DNA of 64,000 nucleotides from an uncultured Oscillospiraceae bacterium (GTDB lineage Bacteria; Bacillota; Clostridia; Oscillospirales; Oscillospiraceae): NCBI GenBank assembly GCA_900764755.1, contig CAAFPE010000046.1, positions 30,964 to 94,963 of the forward strand, read 5' to 3'. Shown piece by piece: positions 56,375 to 64,000 of this stretch (position 1 is its first letter; each line of letters starts with the position of its first letter). The notes under the pieces were generated by a model. It saw only the letters and a program-made list of their open reading frames with translations, ran no database searches and was not told where the DNA came from. The position numbers and the translations under genes were made by a program.

Positions 56375-56570
56375 CACATACAGATTCAAAGCGCGCCGGC
56401 GGCGTTGCTTTGACAAACAATCTCTGGCGGCCGCAGACCCTGCGGTCGCCAGAGGCTTCTGGAGCGGAAGCTGCGGCCTGTTGGCTGTGAGGAAAGAATA
56501 TCTCTTATTCTTAGGTGCGGTTTATGGCACAGCCGGAAAAATATGCCCTGGAGAGAGGAGCAGATACAGA

Positions 56571-57776
56571 ATGGGAAGTTTGGCGGAGACCTTCCGGCCA
56601 GGATCCAGATACCAGGCATTTTTTGGGTCACTGGCGACCTTTGGGCTGGCCTATGGACTGTACAAGGGTGTTTTGGACAATTATCTGGCGGAGATCGTAG
56701 AGATGTCAGAGATGGGACGCGGGGTTTCGGAATTTTTCCGGGAACTCCCGGGGCTGGCCCTGGTGTTTCTGTTGGCAGCCTTCTATATGATGTCTGCCGA
56801 GCGGATCTATAAGATGGGGGCTATGATCATGCTGATGGGCATGGTGCTCCACGCAGTGATCCCGGCCCACAAGGTCCTGGCGACTGCGGCTATCTGCGTC
56901 TACTCCCTGGGGGAGCACCTCCAGCTGGGGATGCGGAACACGCTGTCCCTGGAATATGCCCGGCCGGGCTGGGGCGGTACGGCGCTGGGCTTGCAGAATT
57001 CTATTTATCAGATTGGCTCTCTGGCTGGTTATCTGATCATAGCGGCGGTTTTTTCCTTAGGTCAGAGTTCGTTGGGCCTGTTCCGGGGCGTATATTGGTC
57101 TGCTGCCGCCATCACGGGCTGCGGCTTTCTGCTCTCCCTCCGCATGACCGGACACAGTGAGACAGACCCATCCAAGCGCCGGTTCTATTTTCACAAAAAA
57201 TACCGGAAATACTATATGCTGGAGGTGTTTTATGGGGCGCGAAAGCAGGTTTTCTTCACCTTCGGCCCCTATGTTCTGGTCCTCTTTTATAAAGCGGACG
57301 CCGCGGCCATCAGCCTCCTCTTTGCTGTATCCGCAGTCTGCTGCTTTGCGGCGGCGCCTCTGGTGGGCAGGATCATTGACCGGCTGGGCTATAAGGTCGT
57401 TATGGTGGCGGATACCCTGCTGCTGGTAATCGTCTGCTTCTTTTATGGCTTTGCCCACCATATTTTTTCCATGCAGACGGCGTTTTTGGTGTGCTGTGTC
57501 AACTATGTGCTGGATTCGGTGATCTCGCTGGCCTCTATGGCATCCAATGTCTATGTACAGGACCTGTCGGACAGTCCGGACGAGATGCGGGCGACGATCT
57601 CCACCGGACTGTCCGTGAACCACATGATCACCATTCTGATCGCGTTGTTTGGCGGCTGGATCTGGGAGGCACTGGGGATCGAGACCCTGTTTATCCTGTC
57701 TGCCGTTCTGGGGCTGTGCAACAGCGCCTATGCGGCGACCATCCGGACCTCAAAAGAGACTGCCATATCTCGGTGA
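56571..57776 (+). CDS. MFS-type transporter
   Basis: About 12 predicted TM helices. GAGAGGAG RBS before the ATG at 56571. The ORF track offers an N-terminally extended version from 56481. Confidence 0.7.
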   Translation: MGSLAETFRPGSRYQAFFGSLATFGLAYGLYKGVLDNYLAEIVEMSEMGRGVSEFFRELPGLALVFLLAAFYMMSAERIYKMGAMIMLMGMVLHAVIPAHKVLATAAICVYSLGEHLQLGMRNTLSLEYARPGWGGTALGLQNSIYQIGSLAGYLIIAAVFSLGQSSLGLFRGVYWSAAAITGCGFLLSLRMTGHSETDPSKRRFYFHKKYRKYYMLEVFYGARKQVFFTFGPYVLVLFYKADAAAISLLFAVSAVCCFAAAPLVGRIIDRLGYKVVMVADTLLLVIVCFFYGFAHHIFSMQTAFLVCCVNYVLDSVISLASMASNVYVQDLSDSPDEMRATISTGLSVNHMITILIALFGGWIWEALGIETLFILSAVLGLCNSAYAATIRTSKETAISR

Positions 57777-57910
57777 TTTGACTGCGCCTGGGATAGATGC
57801 GGGAGTTCTGAGGACTGTCTGGCAATGTATAGAAATACTCCGATCTTTGGATATAAAGAGGGTTTGTTGCAAAATGCAGTTTTCAGACCCAAACGGAAAA
57901 TTTGCACATT

Positions 57911-57958
57911 AAAAAAGTTAGCGAGAACCGCCGCCTTGACGGTTCTCGCTAACTTTTT
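57911..57958. terminator. bidirectional rho-independent terminator (18-bp perfect stem)
   Basis: AAAAAGTTAGCGAGAACCG-(9)-CGGTTCTCGCTAACTTTTT, with an A-run on one side and a T-run on the other. It separates the MFS gene from the low-GC islet. Confidence 0.8.
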
Positions 57959-58081
57959 CTTTGGTCTGCTTTTTCAAAATTCTATTTTACAAAAGGCCCA
58001 TGGCTGGAGTGTAATGATAGGACTTGGAAAAATCTAGTCATATCAATGGTTTTAGCGCAGCAAGCAAGAGGTTTTATCCCA

Positions 58082-58390
58082 TTAGATACGATAATCAGAA
58101 AGATCATCCGGCATTTCGGCAAATGATTTTGTCTGATCGGCTTCTTTTTCAAATTGTGCCTTGATTTGTTCGTTCACGCGCGCATCAAGGATTTTCACCA
58201 CTTTCATATCTTCTTCCCTGACGGGAATTGTAGCAATATCATTCTTTTCACCGCACTGGGGAAAATTAACCAACCAATATCCGTTGATGTTTTCTGGTTC
58301 AGTGATCCACCCTTGCATACCTTTATGAACGCCATCTCTTGTGTACTTTTCCTTTTCGACGATAACTTCTACATTGTCCATGTATGTCAT
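58082..58390 (-). CDS. small acidic hypothetical protein (candidate immunity/partner protein of the upstream MuF-like domain protein)
   Basis: 102 aa. Starts 2 nt after the stop of the upstream gene. Low-GC codon usage unlike the neighbours. Confidence 0.4.
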   Translation of the reverse strand: MTYMDNVEVIVEKEKYTRDGVHKGMQGWITEPENINGYWLVNFPQCGEKNDIATIPVREEDMKVVKILDARVNEQIKAQFEKEADQTKSFAEMPDDLSDYRI

Positions 58391-58391
58391 A

Positions 58392-58961
58392 TTATTTACC
58401 TCCGTATGGCGTATTCAGTTTTATCTGCCCGTTGGGTTTTACCATCCAACCTGTGACAAAAGAAACATCGCCAAAGCCATCTTTCTTTGGAATAGTTACT
58501 CTGATATTGATTCTTTGTCCAAACATATTTAGCTTTCCGAGCTCATATTGCCCAGAGATATAACGTTCCCTCGCTTGCCGTTCTATCTCTGCTTGCAGCC
58601 ATCTTGCATCCTCGACAGTATATCCCCATTCTTTGAAGAGTTTTTCTTTATTATGTGTTTGCAGGCCGGTTGTGTTAAATAAATAAGGATCAAATTTACC
58701 ATAATCGCTGTATACTGAAGCATTGCCAAACACTTCAGCATACGGAATAAGATCCAATGTGCAATGGCAGTAGGGATGATGTGGGCAGGGCGGCGCATTT
58801 CTTTCCGAAAACCAGCAGCCATCCAGCATCAAGCACTCTTCACAGTGGGTTTTGCCCTCTGAATGGTGCGTCCATTGGACCCAGCTTGGCTGCTCTGCCG
58901 TTTTCTGCGGCAGCAGCTTTCCTGTATATCGTTTGTAGTATATCATATTTCCTCCTATCAT
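58392..58961 (-). CDS. phage MuF/SPP1-gp7-like C-terminal domain protein fused to an unknown ~110-aa C-terminal domain (polymorphic-toxin-like remnant)
   Basis: W..THHSEGKTHCEECLMLDGCWF...PPCPHHPYCHCTL resembles the conserved Zn-associated C-terminal motif of Mu F-like head morphogenesis proteins (LDGK.F......PP.HPNCRCTL). GGAGG RBS. Lies in a ~1.1-kb low-GC islet. Confidence 0.4.
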   Translation of the reverse strand: MIGGNMIYYKRYTGKLLPQKTAEQPSWVQWTHHSEGKTHCEECLMLDGCWFSERNAPPCPHHPYCHCTLDLIPYAEVFGNASVYSDYGKFDPYLFNTTGLQTHNKEKLFKEWGYTVEDARWLQAEIERQARERYISGQYELGKLNMFGQRINIRVTIPKKDGFGDVSFVTGWMVKPNGQIKLNTPYGGK

Positions 58962-58997
58962 GTAAAATCAGGCTTTTATATATAGGCTGCAAAAGAA

Positions 58998-59023
58998 AAA
59001 GTTGTACATTTCTGTACAACTTT
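58998..59023. promoter_or_regulatory. palindrome AAAGTTGTACA-tttc-TGTACAACTTT overlapping the putative -35 of the islet operon promoter
   Basis: 11-bp arms, 37-62 nt upstream of the MuF-like gene start. On the coding strand TGTACA-N18-TATATA forms a plausible sigma-A promoter. Confidence 0.4.
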
Positions 59024-59050
59024 CAAAATAGAATTTACAAATTATTAAAA

Positions 59051-59079
59051 ATGGGTGAGCCCCACAAGGGCTCACCCAT
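59051..59079 (-). terminator. stem-loop ATGGGTGAGCCC-cacaa-GGGCTCACCCAT with a T-run on the minus strand
   Basis: 12-bp stem. The minus-strand continuation is TTTTAATAAT. It insulates the islet from read-through coming from the tRNA side. Confidence 0.5.
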
Positions 59080-59119
59080 GTAAAGGGTGGTTAAAACCGA
59101 TATTTCTGCCAGGAACAAA

Positions 59120-59400
59120 AAATAGCCGCCCGCAGGGCGGCCCACCAACTGCGAGCCCAGCGAAGCGGGTCGCAGTTGGAAAGGAGGGGAAAGGGAGCGG
59201 GTGGATGACGACTTTTTTGCCGCAGGTATAAAAAGTCGTCGGAGCAAAGCAGACTTTGCTCCGACGTGTAAAGGACGGTTAAAATCGATATTTTCAATGA
59301 TTGAGACAGCAGCAGGAGAACTGGCAAACCGGACTTCTGACCGGCGGCGCATTTGCGCCGTACGAGCGTTTTGCCGCAGGCAAAACCTCGGCGCAGGGCG
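59120..59400. repeat. array of at least six short GC-rich hairpins, three of them capped by the same CCGCAGG apex motif
   Basis: The hairpins are: 59125-59141 (GCCGCCC-GCA-GGGCGGC); 59145-59179 (CCAACTGCGA-N15-TCGCAGTTGG); 59207-59240 (GACGACTTTTT-tgCCGCAGGtat-AAAAAGTCGTC); 59237-59266 (CGTCGGAGCAAAG-caga-CTTTGCTCCGACG, which competes for GTCGTC); 59345-59360 (CGGCGC-attt-GCGCCG); and 59368-59386 (GTTTTGCC-GCA-GGCAAAAC). Confidence 0.6.
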
Positions 59401-59471
59401 AATTCACTTCGCCCGAGCACTTAAATCGCCGGAGGGTGGAACCGCCCTTTGGGCAGCGGAACCCCAAAAAT

Positions 59472-59509
59472 AAAGACATCTGCTGGAAGCAGATGTCTTT
59501 ATTTTTTTT
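59472..59509. terminator. bidirectional rho-independent terminator abutting the tRNA-Pro 3' end
   Basis: AAAGACATCTGC-tggaa-GCAGATGTCTTT forms a 12-bp stem followed by TTTTTTTT. An A-run lies on the other side. Confidence 0.75.
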
Positions 59510-59585
59510 GGTCGGAGTGCCGGGATTCGAACCCGGGGCCTCTTGGACCCGAACCAAGCGCGATACCAAGCTTCGCCACACCCCG
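59509..59585 (-). tRNA. tRNA-Pro (anticodon CGG), 77 nt with encoded CCA
   Basis: Manual fold of the reverse complement gives acceptor stem CGGGGTG/CACTCCG, D-arm GCGA/TCGC, anticodon stem CTTGG/CCAAG with loop TTCGGGT (anticodon CGG), T-arm CCGGG-TTCGAAT-CCCGG, discriminator A and CCA. Confidence 0.85.
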
Positions 59586-59701
59586 ATGATGAAAGCTATT
59601 CTATTATAGTAACTTCCCGTCCAACTGTCAAGAGGAATATTGGAAACTTCCCGGGAATATCCTAAAGAGTCCGAAAGAGACCAGATGAGGGAGGGGTCGG
59701 A

Positions 59702-60712
59702 ATGTACAACCAGTCTGCACAGTGGGTCCGCCGAAGGAGAAGAGCGCGTCCGCCCAGACCAGCGGAGCGGGGGAGAAGGCCGGTGCCGCGCTCCCGGGAG
59801 CGGGTGCGCCTGATCCAGCTGGGGGTCTGCCTGGCCCTCTTCCTGGCGGTTTTTGTGGGGCGGGGGGCGTCGCCCGCCAGCCGGATGGCCCAGCTCCAGC
59901 AGCGGCTCCAGACGGTGCTGACGGCGGACACCGACTTCCGGGCCGCCTTTTCCGCTCTGGGGGAAGCCCTGTCCGGTCAGGGCCCCATCCTGGGGGAGCT
60001 GGGGGAATTCTGCATCCAAGTGTTCGGCGCGGAGGGCGGTCTGCCGGAGAGGGCGGAGGACTACGCCGCAGAGGCGGCCTTTCAAGCGGAGCAGGACTTT
60101 CTCAACCGGCCGACTGGGATCCCAGAGCAGGCGGCCCACTATCTTCGCCTGGATCAGGTCCCAGAGGACTGGCTTGCGCTGCCGCAGGCAGCTGCACCGG
60201 CGCAGGTCCAGGAGGAACCGGCGGCCCCGGCGGTGGGAACGGTCATCCTTCGGGCGGATTACACAGGGCCTGCTCTGCCGGAAAACTACACCATGGACCA
60301 GATCTCTCTGGGGGAGCTTCAGACGGTGACCCCGCTGCTGGGCCGTCTGCGCTCTGCCTACGGCTATCGGGACCACCCTGTGGACGGGGAATACAAGTTT
60401 CACAACGGGGTGGACATTGGTGGGCAGGAGGGAGATACTATCGGGGCCTTTGCTGACGGGACAGTGGACTACATCGGGGAAAATGATACCCACGGCCTGT
60501 ATCTCCAGCTGGACCATGGGAACGGGATCAAATCCTTTTACGCCCATTGCAGCAAGCTGTGTGTGTCCAAAGGACAGCTGGTGGCGGCAGGGGAGAAGGT
60601 GGCGGAGGTGGGCTCCACCGGAGTGGCCACCGGCCCCCACCTCCATCTGGAACTGAAGTGGAACGGCCTGCACCTGGACCCCTCCTACTATGTGGAGTTT
60701 CTGAGCGTTTGA
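59702..60712 (+). CDS. M23-family metallopeptidase-domain membrane protein upstream of spoIVFB (SpoIVFA-like position)
   Basis: Arg-rich N-terminal tail and a TM helix. The C-terminal LytM/M23 domain keeps the HxxxD (HNGVDIG) and HxH (GPHLHLE) motifs. GGGAGGGG RBS. Confidence 0.7.
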   Translation: MYNQSAQWVRRRRRARPPRPAERGRRPVPRSRERVRLIQLGVCLALFLAVFVGRGASPASRMAQLQQRLQTVLTADTDFRAAFSALGEALSGQGPILGELGEFCIQVFGAEGGLPERAEDYAAEAAFQAEQDFLNRPTGIPEQAAHYLRLDQVPEDWLALPQAAAPAQVQEEPAAPAVGTVILRADYTGPALPENYTMDQISLGELQTVTPLLGRLRSAYGYRDHPVDGEYKFHNGVDIGGQEGDTIGAFADGTVDYIGENDTHGLYLQLDHGNGIKSFYAHCSKLCVSKGQLVAAGEKVAEVGSTGVATGPHLHLELKWNGLHLDPSYYVEFLSV

Positions 60713-60714
60713 GG

Positions 60715-61317
60715 ATGCGTCTGGGCAGGGTGGAGGTCACCGGCGGCTTCCTGCTGCTGACCGCGTGGCTCAACTATCTGGACCGCCAGGGTGTGGTCCC
60801 ACTGGCGCTGCTGGCCTGCGCACTCCATGAGCTGGGCCACTGGGCGGTCCTCCGGGCGCTGGGGGCCCGGGTGCGGAGGGTGCGGCTGACGTCGGTGGGG
60901 GCGGAGATGGAGGTGGACCGGGGACTGTCCTATGGGAGTGAGCTGCTGGCCGCTCTGGCCGGGCCGGGGGTCAACCTGGCGCTGGCCCTGGCCTTCAGCC
61001 CGCTGCCGGGAGGCGGGCTGTTTGCCGGACTGAATCTGGCGCTGGCCTGCTTCAACCTGCTGCCTGTAGGGCAGCTGGACGGGGGGCGGGTGCTCCGGTG
61101 TGTGCTGGCCTGGCTGCTGGGTCCCGCCCGGGCCCACTGGCTCGGGGCGCGTCTGGACCAGTTCCTCACCGCTGGACTGCTCCTTTTGGGGGCTCTGCTG
61201 GTATGCTTTGGAGGGACTGCCACATTATTTCTGACCTCATGCTGGTTATTTTCTGCGCTGTATCCGGAAAAGGAAGGAAAAAGGACTTGTCATATCCGGC
61301 GGAAACAGGTAAAATAG
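60715..61317 (+). CDS. spoIVFB: site-2 protease SpoIVFB (M50 family, pro-sigma-K processing)
   Basis: HELGH zinc motif and NLLPVGQLDGG motif. ATG at 60715 immediately follows the upstream stop. The longer ORF from 60547 is rejected. Confidence 0.8.
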   Translation: MRLGRVEVTGGFLLLTAWLNYLDRQGVVPLALLACALHELGHWAVLRALGARVRRVRLTSVGAEMEVDRGLSYGSELLAALAGPGVNLALALAFSPLPGGGLFAGLNLALACFNLLPVGQLDGGRVLRCVLAWLLGPARAHWLGARLDQFLTAGLLLLGALLVCFGGTATLFLTSCWLFSALYPEKEGKRTCHIRRKQVK

Positions 61318-61351
61318 AATTTACCTATGCAGAGAGAACTGGAGGAGCGTC

Positions 61352-63196
61352 ATGAATCGGACACTGGAGCATATCCTGCCAAAGGTGCAGAAGCCTGCCC
61401 GCTACACGGGGGGAGAATATAACGCCATTGTAAAGGATCGGCGGACGGTGGACACCCGATATGCCCTGTGCTTTCCGGACACCTATGAGATCGGTATGTC
61501 CAACCTGGGCTGCCGGATCCTGTACGGCCTGATGAACGAGGTAGACGGCCTCTGGTGCGAGCGCTGCTATGCCCCCTGGGGGGACATGGAGGATGAGATG
61601 CGCCGGGAGGGGTTGCTGCTCTATGGTCTGGAGAGCGGCGACCCCATTTCCGATTTCGACATCATTGGCTTTTCCCTGGGCTATGAGATGGCGTACAGCA
61701 ACGTGCTGAATATGCTGGATCTGGCGGGGCTGCCTCTGCGCTCCGCCGACCGGCCGGAGTTGACCCCGCTGATCGTGGCGGGGGGGACCTGCGCCTATAA
61801 TCCGGAGCCCCTGGCCCCCTTTATCGACCTGTTCGTGGTGGGCGAGGGCGAGGAGGTCACCCTGGAGTACGTTCAGCTCTACCGTCAGGCCCGGGAGGAG
61901 TGCTGGTCCAAGGAGGAGTTCCTCCAGGAGGCCGCCCAGATCCCGGGGATCTATGTCCCGGCGTTCTATGAGCCGGTGTACCGGGAGGACGGCACACTGG
62001 AGGAAATGCGCCTCCGGGAGGGCTCCGGCGCTCCGGAGATGGTGCGCAAGCGTGTGGTGGAGAATATGGACGACGCCTATTTTCCCGTCAAGACCATCAT
62101 TCCCTCCACAGAGATCGTCCATGACCGGGTGATGCTGGAGCTGTTCCGGGGCTGTATCCGGGGCTGCCGCTTTTGCCAGGCGGGCTATGTTTACCGCCCG
62201 GTGCGCTCCCGCAGCCCGGAGCTGCTGGCCCAGTACGGCAAGTCGGCCTGTGAGGACTCGGGCTATCAGGAGATGACCCTGTCCTCCCTGTCCTCTACGG
62301 ACTATCCCTGTCTGCTGGAACTGTGCGATGATCTGCTGGACTACTGCGCACCCAGGGACATCGGCCTGTCCCTGCCCTCCATGCGGGCGGACACCTTCTC
62401 CATGAACCTGATGGAGCGGCTCCAGCGGGTGAGAAAGGGCGGCCTGACCTTTGCCCCGGAGGCGGGCACTCAGCGCCTGCGGGACGCCATCAATAAAAAC
62501 CTGCGGGAGGAGGACCTGCTCCAGTCGGTGCGCACCGCCTTCACCGGCGGATGGAACGGGGTGAAACTCTACTTCATGCTGGGCCTGCCCACCGAGACGG
62601 ACGAGGACGTGCTGGGCATTGCCGATCTGGCCCGGAAGGTGTACTTTGCCTGGCGGGAGTGCTCCCCCAACAAAGCCCGGGGCGTGCGGATCACTGTGTC
62701 CACCTCCTGGTTCGTGCCAAAGCCCAATACTGCCTTCCAGTGGGACGCCCAGATCCCGGTGGAGGAGTATCAGCGCCGGGTGGACCTGCTGCGGGACGCC
62801 CTGAAACGGGACAAGTCCATCACCTATAACTGGCACGATCCCCAGACCAGCTATCTGGAGGCCATCTTCTCCCGGGGCGACCGGCGGCTGGCCGATGTGC
62901 TGGAGTGGGCCTGGCAGCACGGAGCCAAGTTTGACTCGTGGAGCGAATATTTTGACTTTCAGCGTTGGATGGACGCCCTGGACGCCTGCGGTCTGGACGG
63001 AGATTTTTACGCCCACCGGGAGCGGCCCCGGGACGAGGTGTTCCCCTGGAGCCGCATCGACCCCATGGTCACCCCGGAGTTCCTCTGGCGGGAGCGGGAG
63101 CTGTGCTATCAGAGCGTGACCACCCCGGACTGCCGCACCCGCTGCTCTGGCTGCGGGGCCAACAGACTGCTTTCAGGAGGTGTGTGCAATGGCTGA
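61352..63196 (+). CDS. B12-binding-domain radical SAM protein (TIGR03960-like)
   Basis: CxxxCxxC (CIRGCRFCQAG) radical-SAM motif and an N-terminal cobalamin-binding-like domain. 614 aa. Confidence 0.75.
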   Translation: MNRTLEHILPKVQKPARYTGGEYNAIVKDRRTVDTRYALCFPDTYEIGMSNLGCRILYGLMNEVDGLWCERCYAPWGDMEDEMRREGLLLYGLESGDPISDFDIIGFSLGYEMAYSNVLNMLDLAGLPLRSADRPELTPLIVAGGTCAYNPEPLAPFIDLFVVGEGEEVTLEYVQLYRQAREECWSKEEFLQEAAQIPGIYVPAFYEPVYREDGTLEEMRLREGSGAPEMVRKRVVENMDDAYFPVKTIIPSTEIVHDRVMLELFRGCIRGCRFCQAGYVYRPVRSRSPELLAQYGKSACEDSGYQEMTLSSLSSTDYPCLLELCDDLLDYCAPRDIGLSLPSMRADTFSMNLMERLQRVRKGGLTFAPEAGTQRLRDAINKNLREEDLLQSVRTAFTGGWNGVKLYFMLGLPTETDEDVLGIADLARKVYFAWRECSPNKARGVRITVSTSWFVPKPNTAFQWDAQIPVEEYQRRVDLLRDALKRDKSITYNWHDPQTSYLEAIFSRGDRRLADVLEWAWQHGAKFDSWSEYFDFQRWMDALDACGLDGDFYAHRERPRDEVFPWSRIDPMVTPEFLWRERELCYQSVTTPDCRTRCSGCGANRLLSGGVCNG

Positions 63197-63854
63197 CCGG
63201 CTGCTGTTTTCCAAGACAGGGCGGGCGAAGTATATCTCCCATCTGGACCTGATGCGGACCTTCCAGCGGGCCTTTGCCCGGGCGGGCATCTCGATCAAGC
63301 ATACCGAGGGCTTCAACCCACATCCCTTTGTCTCCATCGCCCTGCCCCTGTCTGTGGGCTACTCCAGCCAGTGTGAGATCCTGGAGTTCGGCCTGCTGGA
63401 GGGCACCGATCCGGAGGAGGTCCCCCGTCGTCTCACCGCCGCCATGCCGGAGGGCATCATTATCCACCAGTGCTATCCGGCGCAGCGGAAGCTGAAGGAA
63501 CTGACCTACCTCAATTACATTATGAATTTTGAGTATTCCGAGGGCCGCCCCCAGGAGTCTGAGCCCGCCATGCAGGAGCTGCTCCGCCGGGACAGCCTGG
63601 TCATCCGGAAAAAGTCCAACAAGGCCAAGGCGGGCTATACGGAGGTGGAGCTGATCCCACTGATCCAGGGGTTCAATCTGGAGTGCCAGAGCGACACCCT
63701 CACCCTGGACGCGGTGGTGCGGGCCCAGAATCCGGGCCTCAATCCGGAGTTGATCCGGGCTGCCTTCTGCCGGGAGTATCCCGGCCTGGCGCCAGATTTC
63801 GTCACCTTCCACCGCCGGGAGGTGCTGGACGGAGAGGGAAAGCCCTTCCGCTGA
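63189..63854 (+). CDS. DUF2344/TIGR03936-like protein, conserved partner of the upstream radical SAM gene
   Basis: Start overlaps the upstream stop (ATGGCTGA). 222 aa. Confidence 0.65.
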   Translation: MADRLLFSKTGRAKYISHLDLMRTFQRAFARAGISIKHTEGFNPHPFVSIALPLSVGYSSQCEILEFGLLEGTDPEEVPRRLTAAMPEGIIIHQCYPAQRKLKELTYLNYIMNFEYSEGRPQESEPAMQELLRRDSLVIRKKSNKAKAGYTEVELIPLIQGFNLECQSDTLTLDAVVRAQNPGLNPELIRAAFCREYPGLAPDFVTFHRREVLDGEGKPFR

Positions 63855-63945
63855 GAGGGGTTGTCAACGGCGGCGGAAAGTGATATAATATCTGCGCTTT
63901 TGACTGTACTGCGCAGGCATTGAATACAGAGAAGGGAAGATTTTC

Positions 63946-64000
63946 ATGTCCGGACATTCCAAGTGGCACAACATACAGAAAACCAAGGGCGCGGCTGACG
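63946..64000 (+). CDS. YebC/PmpR-family transcriptional regulator (5' end only; continues beyond the window)
   Basis: N-terminus MSGHSKWHNIQKTKGAAD matches the conserved MSGHSKWxNI start of the YebC family. Confidence 0.6.
   Translation, partial: MSGHSKWHNIQKTKGAAD

Noticed and set aside
56481-56570. Longer N-terminus for the MFS transporter
   Set aside because: The internal ATG at 56571 has a GAGAGGAG RBS at proper spacing. The upstream 30 codons are not hydrophobic or conserved-looking.
57780-59100. Insertion sequence or integrase in the low-GC islet
   Set aside because: No transposase, integrase or terminal inverted repeats were found. Only the MuF-like domain gene and a small partner are present.
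59120-59400. CRISPR array hypothesis for the hairpin cluster
   Set aside because: The hairpins differ in sequence and length. There is no regular repeat-spacer periodicity, only a shared CCGCAGG apex. No cas genes are in the window.
60547-60714. 5' extension of spoIVFB (the 256-aa version)
   Set aside because: It overlaps the 3' end of the upstream M23 gene in another frame. The product is Gly/Arg-rich. The conserved SpoIVFB N-terminus starts at the ATG at 60715.

Overview
This window is a Firmicutes (Clostridia-type, probably Oscillospirales-like) chromosomal segment, and it splits into two compositionally different parts.

Positions 1 to about 39,800 are a moderate-GC flagellar/chemotaxis locus, roughly 50% GC by eye. 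It has a Bacillus/Clostridium fla/che organisation: flgD, a TIGR02530-like flagellar operon protein, flgE, flbD, motA, motB, fliM, fliY, cheY, fliO/Z, fliP, fliQ, fliR, flhB, flhA, fliA(sigD), two flgG/flgF rod paralogs, cheC, cheD and cheV. Several non-canonical genes sit inside or beside this block: a degenerate EAL-HDOD protein, an antisense ParA-like ATPase plus ComFB-domain protein pair, fliD-fliS-(fliT-like), a secreted C39-like peptidase divergent from an orphan FtsE-like ATPase, an MCP, a FapA/DUF342 protein, cheX-like and cheY-like genes, an FtsA-like ATPase with ThiS-like repeats, a Clp-like AAA+ ATPase, a MotI-like PilZ protein, hemerythrin, a PHP phosphoesterase and a second MCP.

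From about 40,000 onward the sequence becomes very GC-rich (about 65-70%) housekeeping DNA. It carries spoIIAA-spoIIAB-sigF. A complete type II fatty-acid synthesis cluster lies on the minus strand: acpP, accB, accC, accD, accA, fabH, two fabK/NPD paralogs, fabD, fabG, fabF, fabZ and a MarR/FabT-like regulator. After that come a sensor kinase/OmpR-type two-component pair, glnS and an MFS transporter. A small low-GC islet with a phage MuF-like domain protein and a partner ORF follows, then a hairpin array, tRNA-Pro(CGG), spoIVFA-like (M23)/spoIVFB, a radical-SAM TIGR03960/TIGR03936-like pair and the start of a yebC-family gene.

The most interesting features I could see directly are listed here.
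- FliY carries three tandem copies of a FliM-type CheY-P docking motif in its internal linker, plus a YPYPYP tract.
- An antisense ParA-like plus ComFB-domain/IDR pair sits next to a degenerate EAL-HDOD gene, and a sigD-like -10 lies upstream of a MotI-like PilZ gene. Together these suggest c-di-GMP control of motility.
- An FtsA-like actin ATPase is fused to three ThiS/MoaD-like repeats.
- An orphan FtsE-like ATPase has a degenerate signature motif and sits beside a secreted cysteine peptidase.
- The low-GC MuF-like islet is flanked by a series of hairpins that share a CCGCAGG loop motif.

I found no CRISPR arrays, transposases or rRNA genes.
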